Notes: generated by a model from the letters alone, not told the origin. A stretch of DNA of 64,000 nt from Geosiphon pyriformis uo1 (GCA_016748015.1 JAAOMT010000516.1:1-64000), one strand, 5' to 3'. Shown: positions 26,301 to 40,939, counted from the stretch's first letter. Translations and numbers: made by a program.

Positions 26301-26370
26301 TAACAAGCAATGTTCCTTCAAGCCAGTCGAGGGTTGAAGTTGCGTTTGCAGTTGATGAATTTAAAGACAT
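23307..26370 (-). CDS. Sel1-repeat + TKL-type protein kinase (paralog A, most intact copy; interrupted by gaps)
   Basis: ATG at 26370, then Sel1 repeats. Kinase exon with GEGGFG and VALK (24251-24479), GT-AG intron 24183-24250, then an exon with HGDLHPGNIL, SDLGL, YLVPE and DIYSF. A 1-nt deletion relative to paralog B gives a stop at 23532-23534 just after the kinase domain. The ancestral tail continues through an intron (~23356-23420) to TGA at 23307-23309. Confidence 0.88.
24480..25132 (-). repeat. Gap-bounded contig of near-identical Sel1 units (216-bp dimer), probably misplaced by scaffolding
   Basis: N at 24480-24499 and 25113-25132. The insert is alternating HLN/DLD 108-nt units and sits where paralog B has its Cys-rich linker. 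Confidence 0.8.
25420..26010 (-). repeat. 108-nt Sel1 tandem array of paralog A
   Basis: Near-identical units ...gcttttgaa(t/a)aaagttcaaatgctttttctgaat...cgtcccttctccatt... with period 108. Confidence 0.95.
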
Positions 26371-26764
26371 GATTTTCAAACAAAACAAGAACAGTATTAA
26401 GCCTTGAATATTTTGTATGGGTAAAGAAAGAGTTTGTCTTGTTAATAAATAAGGATTTCAACCTCTAATCACATTCCTGAAAAGGCTAGGCCTTGAAGAA
26501 ATTAGAAACGTTGGAAAGTTCTGAAAACACACAACCTCTCAGCCAGATTGATTAAACGGGTAGAGATTGTCTAGGAACTCAAATGTCATTGTCTTATTGC
26601 TATTTTAATTTAAATGAGATTTTTTCGCGTAACAACCGAAATGCAGCTTCCAAAAAAAATTCTTAATATCAAGAAAAGGTATATCACTCTAATTTATAAA
26701 TGATAGGCTTTAATAATAAGTTTAGGCTCTCACTGGTGTAAATTTTATCTTGGATTTTTGGCGT

Positions 26765-26786
26765 GTCGATACACCAATTTAATTAA
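26765..26786. promoter_or_regulatory. Candidate conserved upstream element (paralog A)
   Basis: GTCGATACACCAATTTAATTAA, ~400 bp upstream of the ATG. Matches 20034-20055 and falls in the segment missing from paralog B. Confidence 0.4.
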
Positions 26787-29700
26787 ACATTGTTTAGAAA
26801 GCAATTTCAATGAGAATGCGTGAAATATAAATTAATTATTTCGAGAAAATCACATTATCAAAAGCTAAAATATTTGCTAAATTTTCGTTTTAGTTAACTC
26901 TGAATTGGACAATAATATTTATTAAAAATATTTTAACATATAAATAATAAAAATAAAAAATATAAGAGTAAATGTGTTAAAACACACATCAAAAAATTAT
27001 TGATCTGTTGCATTTTGGCAACTAAAATTAAATCTGAAGAGTTGACAAAAGATTGTTTATATTATAAAAATATAAAACTAAATTTATGGTGATAAATTAT
27101 TTTTATTACTTAATACTCTTGAATTAAAAATAAACTAAAATTTATTACTTTTAAAGATAATTTAAAAAACAAAAAAAACTTATAAAAATTGAAAAATTAA
27201 TGAGTAATCATTTCAAATGGCTTAAAATATTTTTGCTTTAATAACTACAATTTATTTATAAATAAACTGTTTTTTATTCATTTTAATTACTTATTAATGT
27301 TTTTATCTGGTTTATTGTTATAAAAATTTGTATTAGTAAATTTTTTTATATAGTTATAAATAAAACATAAATTGGCTTTTTTGTAAAATTTATTTTAAAA
27401 TCAAATTTTAGACTTGAGTTTTTACAGTTAATTAACCAGATAATTTGAGCACATAACAATAAACTAAGCAACCAAATTAAACAATAAATTAAAACATTAA
27501 ATTTTTGTTAAAGCCAAAAAAAAACAATTTATAATTTAAAGTCAAATTATTGAAAACTTCAACACTATTTTTGCATATAAAATTAATTATCGGGTCAATG
27601 TTTTATTTAACAAATTTTTAAAATAAACCCATAATATATTAATACAAATCAACTAGTTTAATATAACAGCAATAATTTTAATAAAATATTTTGAGAACAT
27701 TTTTTAATGTTATTAAAAAATATCCCAAAAAAAATTACAAAATTCAACAATAACCACAAATTTGGTAATTTTAAATATAATAAAAAAGTAAATTGGCAAG
27801 CTTAATTTTAATAACAACATTTAAAAAATTTTAAACTTTACATAATATTATTTTTAATAACCAATTTAAGACCAACAAAATTAAATTAAAAGTTTTATAT
27901 TACCTAATTTTCAAAAAACCATTAATTATTAAGCACCAAAATAAAAATTATTTCTCTAAAAAAATTTCAACAATTGATAATAACTTTTTTAATTATTATT
28001 ATTATTAAAAAGTGCAACGATATTAGAAAAAAAGATGTTGATTTAATTTTTATAATATCAATCAGTTTTTTGAAATACATAATACTGTTTATTAATAAAA
28101 AAAATACGTATTAAAATATAGCTTGTTTTGCTTTTATAATTTGTAATAATTAATTAAGCAAATACAATAAAAATTTATTTTATTTTAATTTATGATAAAT
28201 GTATTATTATTCTTATTGTTTCAATTAAAAAAATTATTATTGTTTATTCTTAAATATTTGTATTAGCATAATTAGTACATAATAATTAAATATTAATATT
28301 TTTAAATTTAATTTTTTTATTTAATGAACTTGCACATTTTATTAAATTTTATTGTTATTATTTATTTTATTTTTTAAAAATTTATTGTAAAAATGTTCAA
28401 AAAAAATTGTTTTTTATAAAAAGTAAAATTGCTTATTTGGTAAATTAAACTCATATATTTTAGTTTTTAATTTATAAATTTTTGAAAAAATCCTAATGTT
28501 TAAAAAAATTATGTTCAAAAATAAATTCTAATTTTCGGATTAATTTAAATGAATTTAATAATTTAGTCTTAGATATGTTAAGTGTCAATTTTAATTAAGT
28601 CAATTAAATCTTATTTTATTTATTATTAATATCAATTTTAAATATATATTTTTATAATTAAAAAACCATCTCTAAGTTCTATTTAAATCTCTGATAGCAA
28701 TAATTCAAAAATTATCTTGTAAACAATTTAAAAATTCGATTTGGAATTTACAAATTCTAAATAGTTGGTTAGTGTGAATATTAATTTAAGGTTTACAAAA
28801 ACACAAAATTAATGAAATTTTATAAACTAAATTTATATAGATTATTATCACAATTAACGCTGATTTAAAATAAAATTCTATTGTTTAGCATATAAAATTT
28901 TTCAGATACTATTATAGAACATTAATAATAAGAGTTATATTGGAATAGAAAATCAATTTTAAATACCAAATAAAAATTTAAAATTTGTTTAAATTAGAAA
29001 ACTAATTTAATTAACAATAAAAATTATATTTAAAAAAAAAAATTCTGCTCGAAAAATAAACTATATTAGAAAATAAAATTACATGATAATATTTTCAAAT
29101 AATAATCATTAGAATATTAAAATATATGATTATTAATAAGAGTTAAAAAAATATAAATAATTTTAAAAAAAAATTTATCCAGTGATTACAATAAAAACAT
29201 TTTAAAATTACAAAAATAAACTGAAACACTGAAAGATTAAAATATAGACAAAAAACATAAAAACATTTATTAATGTTTTTATAAATGAAAAAAAAACTTA
29301 ATATTTATCAATAATTAAAGTATTATTAAATAATATACAAAAAAACTTTAAGAAATTGATATAAAACATTAGAAAAAACTTTTTATTAAATTGAAAGTCA
29401 CAATAAAATAACAAAAATTATGCCAAAAAAAATTATAAAGAATAACAATTTTATTAATATAGAAGTTAATAAAAGATGCTTTTGTAATAAATAATTAATA
29501 CACATATACAAAATGCTGCAAAATAAAAAAATTGATAATAAGAATTTAATTGATGCAGATTAAAAAAAATCAAAATTTAACATGAAAATTATCAAATAAA
29601 AATTCGTATTTACAAAGTAAAATTACAACTTCATTTTCAATAAAAAATGTTTATAATAAATTATAATGAATACAAATCTTTTGTCAAAAAGTTTATCAAT

Positions 29701-30549
29701 ACTTAATTTAAAATAATTTCAAATCATAATCATAATTGACATAAGGAATTTGAAAAATAGCTCTTAATTAATTTTATTTTAATATAAACTAGAAATTGGT
29801 TAACTTCATTTTTTGTGGAAAAAAAATTTCTTGAATAAATAAGATAACATAAAATAAGAAACTTTTAGATTCGGTATCATTATTAATAAATTTTAATTTT
29901 GTTATAAATAATTCAAAGTTTATTTATTGTAATTTCTACTGAATTTTTAGCTATTTCTCAAAATTACCAATTATTATTTGATTAGAATAGTTTAATTGTT
30001 ATTAAATTTGATTATTTATAAAGATTTTGTCATTAGCAATTGATACTGACAAGAAAAAAGCATTTGTTTTTGTTATATTGTTTTAAGTTTTCTATTTATT
30101 ATTTAAGGCAAAATAAGATTTTGGTTTTTTATAAAACTTTACATCTGTCTAATTTAACTTTATTTAATTTATTTATTAAACATTATCTGTCGGCTTTGAT
30201 CTAATCCTTATTATATAAACAATTTGATATTAGGAAATCAAGTAGAGCAAGAAATCAAAACTTATTATAATAATTAAGGGATAATAATATTAAAAAACAA
30301 TTTAACTGTTTCATTGAGATATAGACTAACAAATTCAGTCTTTAAAATAGACTTAATTACCTAAATATCAAAAATTTAATCCCATTTTATGGAAATAATT
30401 AATTGCCAGTTATTAGAATTAAAGAATAATAATATAGTATTTTTATTTTAAAAATTATATCCATTTGGATAAATTAAGGATTACAAAATAAAAATTGATT
30501 AATAACAAAATATTAATTCACAGATTGAATATTACCTGGTTCAAATGAT

Positions 30550-33500
30550 CGACAAATGATAATCAAATTTAGCAGTTATACTTATTATAGTTTTTTTTTC
30601 ATTTTTAAATGTTCTGTCTTTCTTAACATTTGTCATAATATGGCTCAAAGTCAACAATATACTGTAAATCTTCTTGACAAAGATTTTATTATTTTTAAAA
30701 CACATTATAGTTTGTTTACTCGGAATTGGTGGATTCAAAAACAATTTAAAAATGAGATTTTACTATATTTTATCAACTATATATGCATGTTTGTTTTAAA
30801 TTAAACAAATAACAGTTTATAATAACAATAATAAACCAAACTAATTGTTAGAAACATGGCTTTATTTGTACTAGTGGTTTAGAATTTAGTAATATTGAAA
30901 ATTCATCTTTGACTACAATTAATACTTTGTATTAAAGTATATTTAGTGTTAAGACAGAATACTCAGGTCTTTCAATTTTTGGTTTTAATAATAAAGCTTT
31001 TGTTCAGAAATTAACAAAAAACATTTTATTTGTACCATTGTTTCTGAAAGTTGACAAACATATAAGTGTTATTAATTCAATTAAATGTTTATCTTTCAAA
31101 AATTGCTATAGTGCAAAAACAGGATATATTTCAACAATAATAACAAAGATAAGTAAACAACAACAACTCATTGTACAAAAAATTAACAAGTCTATTTGTT
31201 ATTTATATATATATAAAGATGAAACATATATTAGATTAATTAAAAGTAAAACACCCAATAACATTTGGAAAAAATTAGGAATTCTTACCAAATACAATAA
31301 AAAAACTCTTTTTGGTATCAAACATTTTGATATATAATTCTTATTCCAATCAATGAATTATAAAAAATTATTTGTATGTATATTAAATAAATAGAGTAAT
31401 GAAAATATACTAAAAGGCATTTTTGATAAGCAGATTAAGTTAAAAAAAATCTCTATGTAAATATTAGATTGGATGACTTTGTTTTATGAATAGTATAATT
31501 AAAAGAGGAATATTGTTTAATTTTTAAAAATATTGGAAAAATTTATCTGCCAGATTATACTATATCAAAAAAAAATTATCTGCTTAGCAAGCCATATTTC
31601 AAAATTATGGATATTATGAAATTACTCCATATAGTAAAAAAAATAGCAAACATAGAATTTTAGACTAAATTAAACATACTTGATTATAATAAAAATATTT
31701 TAGAAACATTATATAATATTGGTTTTTTATGCATAACATCATGTGAACCAATAATTGTTAATAATTTAAAAAAAGTAGTTACTTTTTAGGAAAGTTTTAA
31801 ATTAACTTACAAATCTAATATTGATAGAATATATAATAAGATTAGAATTTTGTCTATTATTGTAGAAAAGTTTCCTTATTTAGTATTAAAACAACAGCTT
31901 AAAGTAAGAAATCAAGATCTTTATAATATGTTATATTCTAATACTTACTATAAAATTAGATTGGATCAGATACAATAAATGCTGCAAGAAAACATGCAAA
32001 ATTATATAGTTCTGGATTATTTTTTTTTAAGAAACCAAAATGTACTTGCCAAAAGATGTCTGAAATTAAAAAATTGCAATTCATTGAATTTTTTCTAGAC
32101 AAAAATTATGTCATTATGAGTTCTTACAAAGTAGATTCAAAATCAAATTTGCTTGTCTTGTATATAAAAAACCAAAAAAAAGCTTTGTGGAAAAAATTTT
32201 CTAAAACTTACTTAAATGAAATGAAAAAAACTTTATTTATAAAATGATTGGCTAATAATACACACATTCATTATCATAAAAATCTGAGTGGTTTGTGTTA
32301 AATATACAATGATTATAATTACAAAGCATTCTCAATTTAAAAAAACTGGCATGCAGAATCTTTACTAACAAAGAAATCAGAGTTAGTATATATTGTGTTT
32401 TATAATTAATATTATTTACTTACTTAAATTTTTAGAATAATATTTTGTCACATATTGAAAAGCTACACTAACATATAAAACAAACTTATGAAAATAAATT
32501 GACAATTAATGCTAATAGTATGATATTATACAATAATTGTATTGATTATTGCTTGTTATATGCTTTTGAAAAATGTGATAAATCACATTTCTTACATTTT
32601 CAAGAGTGCCAAAAATATTTTGAATTGTTTAAATTCATAAAACTTTATGTTAGCTTAAATGAATTTTCACAGTATGCAGAAATTAAAGATAGACTTTAAT
32701 ATTTTCTTGCACATTAAATAAGAAAAGTTTATCTAAATGCACAATTCAAAGCTGTGTTGAATCAGTTAGATAAAAATAGTGCTATAATCATAACAGATTA
32801 TAAAATGCGAGTATTACTTCAATCAGCCAAGAAAACCAAAGAAGTATTTTTTGGCAAATGAGAATAGACTTTGCATACAATTTTTGTATTTATAAAAAAG
32901 CCTAGTGAAAATAAATTGTTTATTAAAGCTTATAATCACTGAAGTACAAATACCAAGCAAAATGCTTAATTTACAACTTTATTATTTGAAGCTGTATTTA
33001 AAACAATACAAAAAAAACCAAAATAGATTCACATATTTTTTGATAATAGTCCTTATTATCACAATTTTCAGCTTATAGCTATCATAAATCATTAGTGTAA
33101 ATGATATAATATTCAAGTACTAGGTTGGCAGTTTTTTAAATCAGGTAAAACAAAGACTATAATAGATTCATATTATGTTTCAGTAAGTAAATATAAAGCT
33201 AGATTATATTATTTCTTTACTTACACTAATTTTATCCAGATTGCCCATATAATTAAATAATATATACGAATTAAATTTGATATTATGGAGGGTAATAACA
33301 TCATAAAAGCTGGTTAAAACCTTGTTAGCATCTCTTTTATGAATATAGAACCAGATTGTAATCAAATAAGAGTGAAAAATAAGAGAAAAAAAGTGTCTGT
33401 AAAAATTATATCAAGAATTTCCAAGTATTATTATTGAGAATGGCCTACTGAAAAACCATTGACAAGTTATATTTGCATGCAGTCACTTCTATATGTTGGT

Positions 33501-34330
33501 GGTTGAGAGAATTATTTATCAGCAACTATAACAAATTTATATAATACAAAAATTGTTAGACCAAAACCTTTTTTTTTAGAGCATACTAAAAATCTCATTG
33601 ATTAGAAGATGCAAATGTCATAGATATTAGATAGATCTAATATGAAAGTTATTTGTAGCAACAATAATATAAATAATATTAATATTATCTTTAAATTTAA
33701 TTAAAGAATACTCAAAAAGTAGATGATATTGGAAATCAATTAATAATAGAACTGACTATTAGAGAGGCCAAAAAAAGATCACAAGGTCAGTGTGTTTTCT
33801 TGAATTGATTATAAATAAAATAATAAAATTGTTTGATATTAATCTTATATTTGTAAAATATAAATTAAGATACCACTGTTTTTAGTCCGAGATAAGTCTT
33901 TTTATTGTGTTCACAAAGTTTTATATAGAATTTTAATCAAAAAAATCATAGCCTGATCAATCAAAAATATTTACTACTAAAAAAATGAGTGCTAAAACAT
34001 AATCAGAAAATGGGTGGAAAGAGAAAGAGAAAACATATGTCAAAAAAGATAAATATGTTGTTGTAAAGTTTCTTATAAATAAAAATTTAAATCTCTAAGA
34101 TAACATATTAGCAAAAAAAATACAAGTTGAATTTATGAGATTTGTAAAATTAGAAAAAATTGTGCAAAAAAACATTCCAAAAATAAATATGATCTAAAAT
34201 TAGATTGAAAGATTTTCTTGTACTTTTAAAAATACTGTAAATAAACAAGCATGACAAATATTAGAAATTGGTAAAACTGGAAGTTTTTTAGGAGATATAA
34301 TAGTTATAGAAAATAAATAATAAGGGAAAC
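30550..34330 (+). mobile_element. Large intron-containing, decayed DDE/D transposase-like gene (motif pattern resembles the Sola3 group)
   Basis: YLNAQFKA...IITDYKMRVLLQSAKKTKEVFFGK*E*TLH (~32730-32877), FDNSPYYHN (~33039-33065) and SGKTKTIIDSYY (~33141-33176) look like decayed D..M...P...E....FGKRGW.LH / DNG.HYH / G..K...D. A Cys/His cluster lies upstream (ORF 32499-32699). Superfamily assignment is from motif recall; no TIRs located. Confidence 0.55.
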
Positions 34331-37300
34331 TACCTGTAAAATTAATATCATTCTTATTATGTTTTAGTTTTCTTATTTTTGGTCATATTGTTTTCATAAA
34401 AAAACTGTTGAACATACCAATTAAGATAATAAAACAATAAATGAGGGTGTGATTAATTATTTTCCTATGTAAACTTGACAAACAGCTGCCAAGTTATAAC
34501 AGAAAAACACTTCAATTAACTCTAGTTTACTTAACAAAAAAGAGAGTATAGATGTAATAAAGCCAATAAAGTGTGCTATAGTTATAAAATCTTTGTAAGC
34601 TTTCACACTTTTTCCAAAAAAAGGCATATTACTGACTGTAAAAATTTAAATCATTAAATACTGATAATTTTTACTATATGAATGGAGACAAAAATACTGG
34701 TTTTCTACATAACAAAAACTGTGAAAAAAAAAAATTGCTACTATTTTGTGCACGTGTTTTTATTTACTATTTTTGCAGAAGCCTACATATTTGTATCACT
34801 AATTGCTTTGATCAATACAGTAGCTGTTAATAGCATAAAAAACCAATGTTCAGTGTTTCTAATAGTAGATCTGTATAAAATTTTATCATGTGTTACACAC
34901 CTGATTATAACCAATCTGTGAATTAAAAATATTAAGTCATTTCAAAAAATTTAAAATTTTATTGAAAAGACAAACTTTAATTCTTTTAAGATTTTATAAA
35001 ATATAAAAATAATAAATTGAAATAACTATAAAATTTATAAAAAGATAACAAACATTGTATTATCTATTATTATAGCTTATAATTAACTAAGATATGGGCT
35101 ATTTACAACTGTCAAAGTTTATAGACAAATATAGACCTGAATATGCTACCATTAACAATTTTTCTGGAGGTACAGAATTTGAATATTGCTAAAATAATAA
35201 ATTCAATTAATAATGACATTTTTATTTGCTTTTTATCAAATTTTGAAGATATAAAAATTATAAACTTACCAAATTTTTATTAGCAGATTTTACATATCTA
35301 AAACTCTTAAATTTACTAGATCTAAGAGGTTGAATCCAGTACTTTAAATCAAAATGTTAATATCCTTGATCTATTAAAAGATTATGTAAAATAACGTCAT
35401 TGTTATTAACAACTCGTTGTATATTTAGGTTTTCTGTTACAAGCTATGCAAAAGCTTTATCACTAATATGAAACTATCTAAATATGAACATGTTAAAAGG
35501 TTTTTGTCTAACTTTAGAATAAAGTTTCAAAGCTAAAGCTGTAAATATTGCATATACTAAATAAGAAGCAAATTATACAAAGAAATTATAAAAAGTTATT
35601 TAAGCTTCTATTATTCAATCAAAGAACATTAAAATAAAAATAGTTTTTTTCTCTTAAAGAAATATTTCTATGCTATCATCTGAAACAAATTCAATTATAC
35701 TTAAAATAAAGTTTATATTTTTCTTTATATCCTTTGTTATTTTTTTAATCAAATCTTTTTTATTGTTCGAAAAATCTTAAAAAATCCTTGATGAACTTTT
35801 GAATTTTGATCATAAGAGTAATTAGTTAATTCACTATCACTAATGATATTAGTCACTTGTATAATATTACGGAAATTGTAAAGTATTTCATGGTTTTTTT
35901 TATCGAATTTTGCTATTACTAAAGAATGAATACTTTGATTAATTAATATAGTAGTAAAAAGATTTTAAAAATTTGATATTTAATTCCAATTAGTACCTTG
36001 TATTTAATTGGAAGAATATATCATTTGATTGGCTTCCAAAAATGTATTACAATAAGCACATTTTTGCAGAGTTTCTATATAATTTGATTGTTTTATCAAC
36101 TTCATTCAAAATTTTTTTTTTACCTCCTTAATTTGAGTTACTAGCAAATAGTGTTCTATTATTTTCAATATTTTGATTTTCAAAGAAAATTTATTTTTCT
36201 TTTACAATAATCAAATCGGTCATTAAAACTAGAAACACATTAAAGTGAATAATCCAGCATGAGACCAAACAACTTAAATATAAATTGCTTAGTTATTTTT
36301 TATTCATCACATAGTCATAAATTGACAAGAAAATCAATGCCTATTTAGCCAAAAATAGATTTCAGATTGGCCATTCACTGACTAAAAAGATAATTATTTA
36401 AACATGTGGATTTTGATATTTTTTTCTTAAAACAAGGCCTGTCAAAAATGCGTAAATGGGTGAGAAAAGATAAATAAGAAATAAGAAACATAATAATAAA
36501 TTTTTTCGATTTCTTAAGTGTAATCTAAGAAACAAAGTTTAAGTTTACCACCTTCCGAAGGATTTATTTTTGAATCAAAATTATAATTTTATTTCACAAA
36601 TGATTTATTATAATAAGTTTACAAATTGGCAAATCTGAAATTTCTCATCTTTGGATGCTAGAACTAAAATTAAGAAAATAAAGCCATGGATATTGAAAAA
36701 TAAGACATTTTTCCAAAATTAAACTATAAAGCTTCAAACAAGTTTTTATTTTGGGAAATTATTTCAGTATTATTAATAATGCAAAAATTTACCTTTTTAT
36801 TTTATCAACCTTTGCATATTTGTAGAAATCTAATATCAGTTATTCTTGTTTTAGGCTGAATAAAAAATTGCAAATTTAAAGATTTAAATTTATTCAAGTT
36901 TAAAGAGTTTTCAATCTTTTCAAAATTAGAGTTTATAAAAAAAATGATTGGCAAATTCTGTAACCTTAAATTTGTCGGAGATCAAGAACTGGATTCTAAA
37001 AAAAAACGGCATTTATCCTGCTACATAATTTATACTTTAATATTTTTATTGTAGAAAAAATACCTTTTAATATATAATATTATTTAAAAAATCTTTGTTA
37101 CAGAGAAATTTAATTGGAAACTGTTTCTGAAACAGCATAAGGAAATATCAAGAATTTAAATACAAAAAATATTATTCCTTTGAAAAATTTAATTAATTAG
37201 TTTAAAAGTTGTATTGACTAGAATTCTCTTTTTTTTCATCAAATAATTGAGAATTAACAGATGAAAGAGATTTTATTATGAATTTTTGGATTTATTATAT

Positions 37301-38885
37301 CTAAATTGTAGTTACAATATTATACTTCAAATATTAAGAAAATTGTTTTTTCCATATAATTTTAGTTTCAAGATTGGAAAAAAATTAAATAAGATGATGA
37401 AAAATATTTTTTAAAAATCTTATCAATTTTATTAGAGTTTAATCCATTAATCAAATTTGCCTTACTGATTGCTAATTGAATTTGCACAGAAATATTTCTT
37501 GGTTTTGTTAATTTTTTAATTCCTTTGGTGATGCATTCAATCTGTAATTTTTAAGTTTCAATATATTAATTAAATTGATGGGTTTTAGGTTTCAGCAATT
37601 GGAAATTCTTTTTTTTTTTTCAAACCATTTGAAAGTTTTTTGTTCAGATATAATTCATTCATATTTTTCAAAATAGTTTTTATCAATTTCAATTGACAAA
37701 GTTTATTACTTGACATGTAATTACTTTTGTTATTATGAAGCTTTACTAAGATTTCTTCTATTAACTGGATACCATATTAGCAGTAAATTTTAAAATCAGT
37801 AATACATAATTTCTTAGCACATTAAAAAAGTTCATTATTAAAAAGATATTTGGATCTTTACAGATTCTGTTAATATATAAAAAATTAATTATTCTAATTC
37901 CGATTTTACGATGAATTTCATTAATTTATTTGGACAAAGATAGAACCTAATAGAATTCTTGGATAAACAAAACATTTATTTAGTTCTTTCAAAGGATTAT
38001 ACTTTAATATAATCTTAAAGAGTCAAACTCGAACAAATTAAGTCTTCTAAACCAGAAAATTCTGTTGGAATAGAAAAAAATTATAGTTAATTCTGTAAAA
38101 AAAATTTGAAAGGTTAAGACAGTATTCTTTTTTACAAGTTTTTCTTATTATAATAGAGAAATATGGACCAGTAAAAATTTTAAAATGACAATTCTCTAAA
38201 TTTAAAAAAAAAACTTATTAAGAAGCTAACCATTAAACCCATAGATTTGCTTTATTTGTATAATAAAAATTATCAAAGCAGAATTTCAAATTGAAATCAC
38301 AAGAAGTCACAAAATGGTAACATGTGTTTAAAAATAGTTTTATCAGAATGTCTTATGTATTATTATAATAAATTTTTCAATAGACATTCAGTCAAAATAA
38401 AAAGTTAAAGATGAACATAGAAAACAGCTCTCTAATATTATTGAGCATGCTCACAATAAATAAATAAAAATGTTATTTTCTTTAGTCGTAATAGTATTAG
38501 TGTCAGAAAAATAGAATAGGTGAAAACTTTTCTCCAAATTCTATTTCGAAGTTAAGAATGCCAATGGAAGAAAAAATAATTGATTATTAAAAATTTTACC
38601 AAAATAAAATGAGTCTTAAAACTACAAAAACATTGAAAATATATTTGATTATAATAATAATAATAAAAATATTTAGCTATTTCTGAAGTGAAATATATAT
38701 TCTTTTAAAATAATTGATATTAAGTAATTTCATGTATGCTTATAAGTTAGAATACATTCTGTTCATTAAGACAATAATATAACATATTGAAATCTCTAAG
38801 TAGCTTGTTAATCATGTCTTGGCCAGTTATAGTGAATTACATCTTTTTTTAACATTCTTAAATTAAAATCTAAAGTACATTAAAA

Positions 38886-39165
38886 NNNNNNNNNNNNNNN
38901 NNNNNNNNNNNNNNNNNNNNNNNNNNNNNNNNNNNNNNNNNNNNNNNNNNNNNNNNNNNNNNNNNNNNNNNNNNNNNNNNNNNNNNNNNNNNNNNNNNNN
39001 NNNNNNNNNNNNNNNNNNNNNNNNNNNNNNNNNNNNNNNNNNNNNNNNNNNNNNNNNNNNNNNNNNNNNNNNNNNNNNNNNNNNNNNNNNNNNNNNNNNN
39101 NNNNNNNNNNNNNNNNNNNNNNNNNNNNNNNNNNNNNNNNNNNNNNNNNNNNNNNNNNNNNNNNN
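38886..39165. other. Assembly gap (N run)
   Basis: Run of N. Confidence 1.
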
Positions 39166-39592
39166 GCAATTCTTTAAGTATAGGGACAAATATATTAAAA
39201 AGTGTTTTAATGTACTCTAATATAGATTTCAAATGAAAATGAGAAAAAGATCTTTTAAGGTAAAATTTATTTTCAGTCTATAAAAATTTTCGTTAGCTCA
39301 TAATCATATATACTCATCTCATTGAAAAATTTGTTGTAAAAATTCAATCAAATATTCATATAAGATGGAACTCAAATTTAAGTTATCTATTATTGTCTTT
39401 TAGCAAAGAAGGTGATACTCTATCAAGAACTTAAGATCCTTTTGTTTTGATTTGCCGGCAGTAAAATTTCACCGACAGGCAAATACATTAATCATTAAAT
39501 CTTGATCCATTTAAACACCCTTATTTATTTCGAAGCTTCTACAGTTTTCGTATTATTTTTCTTTTTAAGATATTTTGGAATATGTGTTTAAA

Positions 39593-40939
39593 ATGGAATA
39601 AATTTTTATATTGAAACTGTATTATTACCTTTGTTCTATCTTAACAATTTATTTATTCTTTTCACTTGATCTACATAAAATTTCTTTTACATATATTTTG
39701 AATTATTTTGAGAATGATTTTTCAAAAGCATCATTTAAAGAAAATCAGTCAACAATCAACAAATTCAGAAATCATATTTGGTCTGAGAAAAAGAAATCAA
39801 GGTCTCATTAATCAAATGGGTAAAATATACCTAGGTCCAGATACACCAAGATATATGGATTTACAACTTTCAGCTCTCTATGTTAGCACTGCTTATTGCT
39901 TTAAGGAATCGAAAGATAAAGTTGCTAATAGAGTTTATGGTAAAAAAAATTTTCTATAAATTCAAACATATCACTTTTTCTTTGACAAAAAAGCATTTAA
40001 TTGGGGGAAACATTAAAAAATATTATTTTTAATAAAAGCTGAACTAATTTTCAATGGTCACAACCAACAAATCATCATGATTTCTTTTAAGACGGATTTT
40101 CCTAAAACTTTTGAAGACTGGAGCAGCTAATTATTTAATTTCAATTTGAAGTTTGCTGACTCAAATGGTGTAAATTTTGATTCAGAGTTTTATAAAAGGT
40201 ATAAGTCTCTTGAACGAAGATTAATATCAAAAATTGAGCCAATTTTAGAAGAAGCCAAAACACTTTTATTTGATATTGTAGATAGTATTCAAATTGTAGT
40301 TCATGGAATGGGTGGAGGTTTGTAAATTAGATTTATTTTAGATATCGATATGATGTTTAGAAAAAAATATTGAATTTTTCTCGATATTCTAAACATTCAA
40401 AATATTTTTTTAAGTTTTCGCAATATTAGCTGAGTACCATATTGCTTTGCAACCAAATAATCTATTTAAAGTTATTGTACACACTTTTGGGCAACCTCAT
40501 ATTGGGAATACTCAATCTACATCATTTATTTGGATATTAATGAATGAAAGAAAAATGGACGTATTGAGAGTTACACATAGCAACAATTATCTACTAAGAA
40601 TTCCACAAAGCAGTTCGTTTCTACACCCTTCTTTTGAAATGTGGATTGAATCAGATTGCAATTGTCAGGCTAATAATGGAAATAACAGGATTTACGGTTG
40701 CTATGATCTTTTTAAAGAATTCCTTGACGTTTATATTGAAAGTAATGTAAGCACAAGGATTCAGTATTTTGTAAACTTCATATGAAAATAAAGAGTTTTG
40801 AAATTTATTAATGAAAACTGTTGCAATAATTATTTAGGAATGCCTTAATGGGCAACCTACCCAATCTAAAATTGCAAATTTAGGAGCATACTTTCAACAT
40901 ATTATGGGAAAATATCCACATCCAGATTTTGAAGAATAA
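39593..40939 (+). pseudogene. Secreted-type class-3 lipase-like (alpha/beta hydrolase) pseudogene 1
   Basis: Hydrophobic N-terminus; SALYVSTAYC; elbow IVVHGMGG (40293-40316) followed by a GT intron; VHTFGQPHIGN; RVTHSNNYLLRIP; HPSFEMWI; last exon ECLNGQ...ANLGAYFQHIMG ends at TAA 40937-40939. In-frame TAA at 40128-40130 and a frame break in exon 1. Confidence 0.8.

Larger units (their letters stand above)
23128..28865 (-). repeat. Left arm of an inverted segmental duplication (partner 46024-51566)
   Basis: Gene, introns, 3' flank and ~2.5 kb of upstream non-coding DNA match the reverse complement of 46024-51566 (e.g. attatcgggtcaatgttttatttaacaaat at ~27586 vs atttgttaaataaaacattgacccgataat at ~47281). 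About 620 bp (26760-27380) is present only in this arm. Confidence 0.92.

Noticed and set aside
23307-26370. Bacterial or endosymbiont origin of the Sel1 genes
   Set aside because: The genes have spliceosomal GT-AG introns and a eukaryotic TKL-like kinase, and are embedded among eukaryotic TEs.
34400-38150. Possible decayed genes (F-box/LRR-like at ~36500-38100; spliced minus-strand frame at ~34700-35600)
   Set aside because: Coding-like texture only; no motif I can support.
21474-39232. ORFs 21474-22316, 38863-39189 and 38870-39232
   Set aside because: Artefacts of translating N runs.
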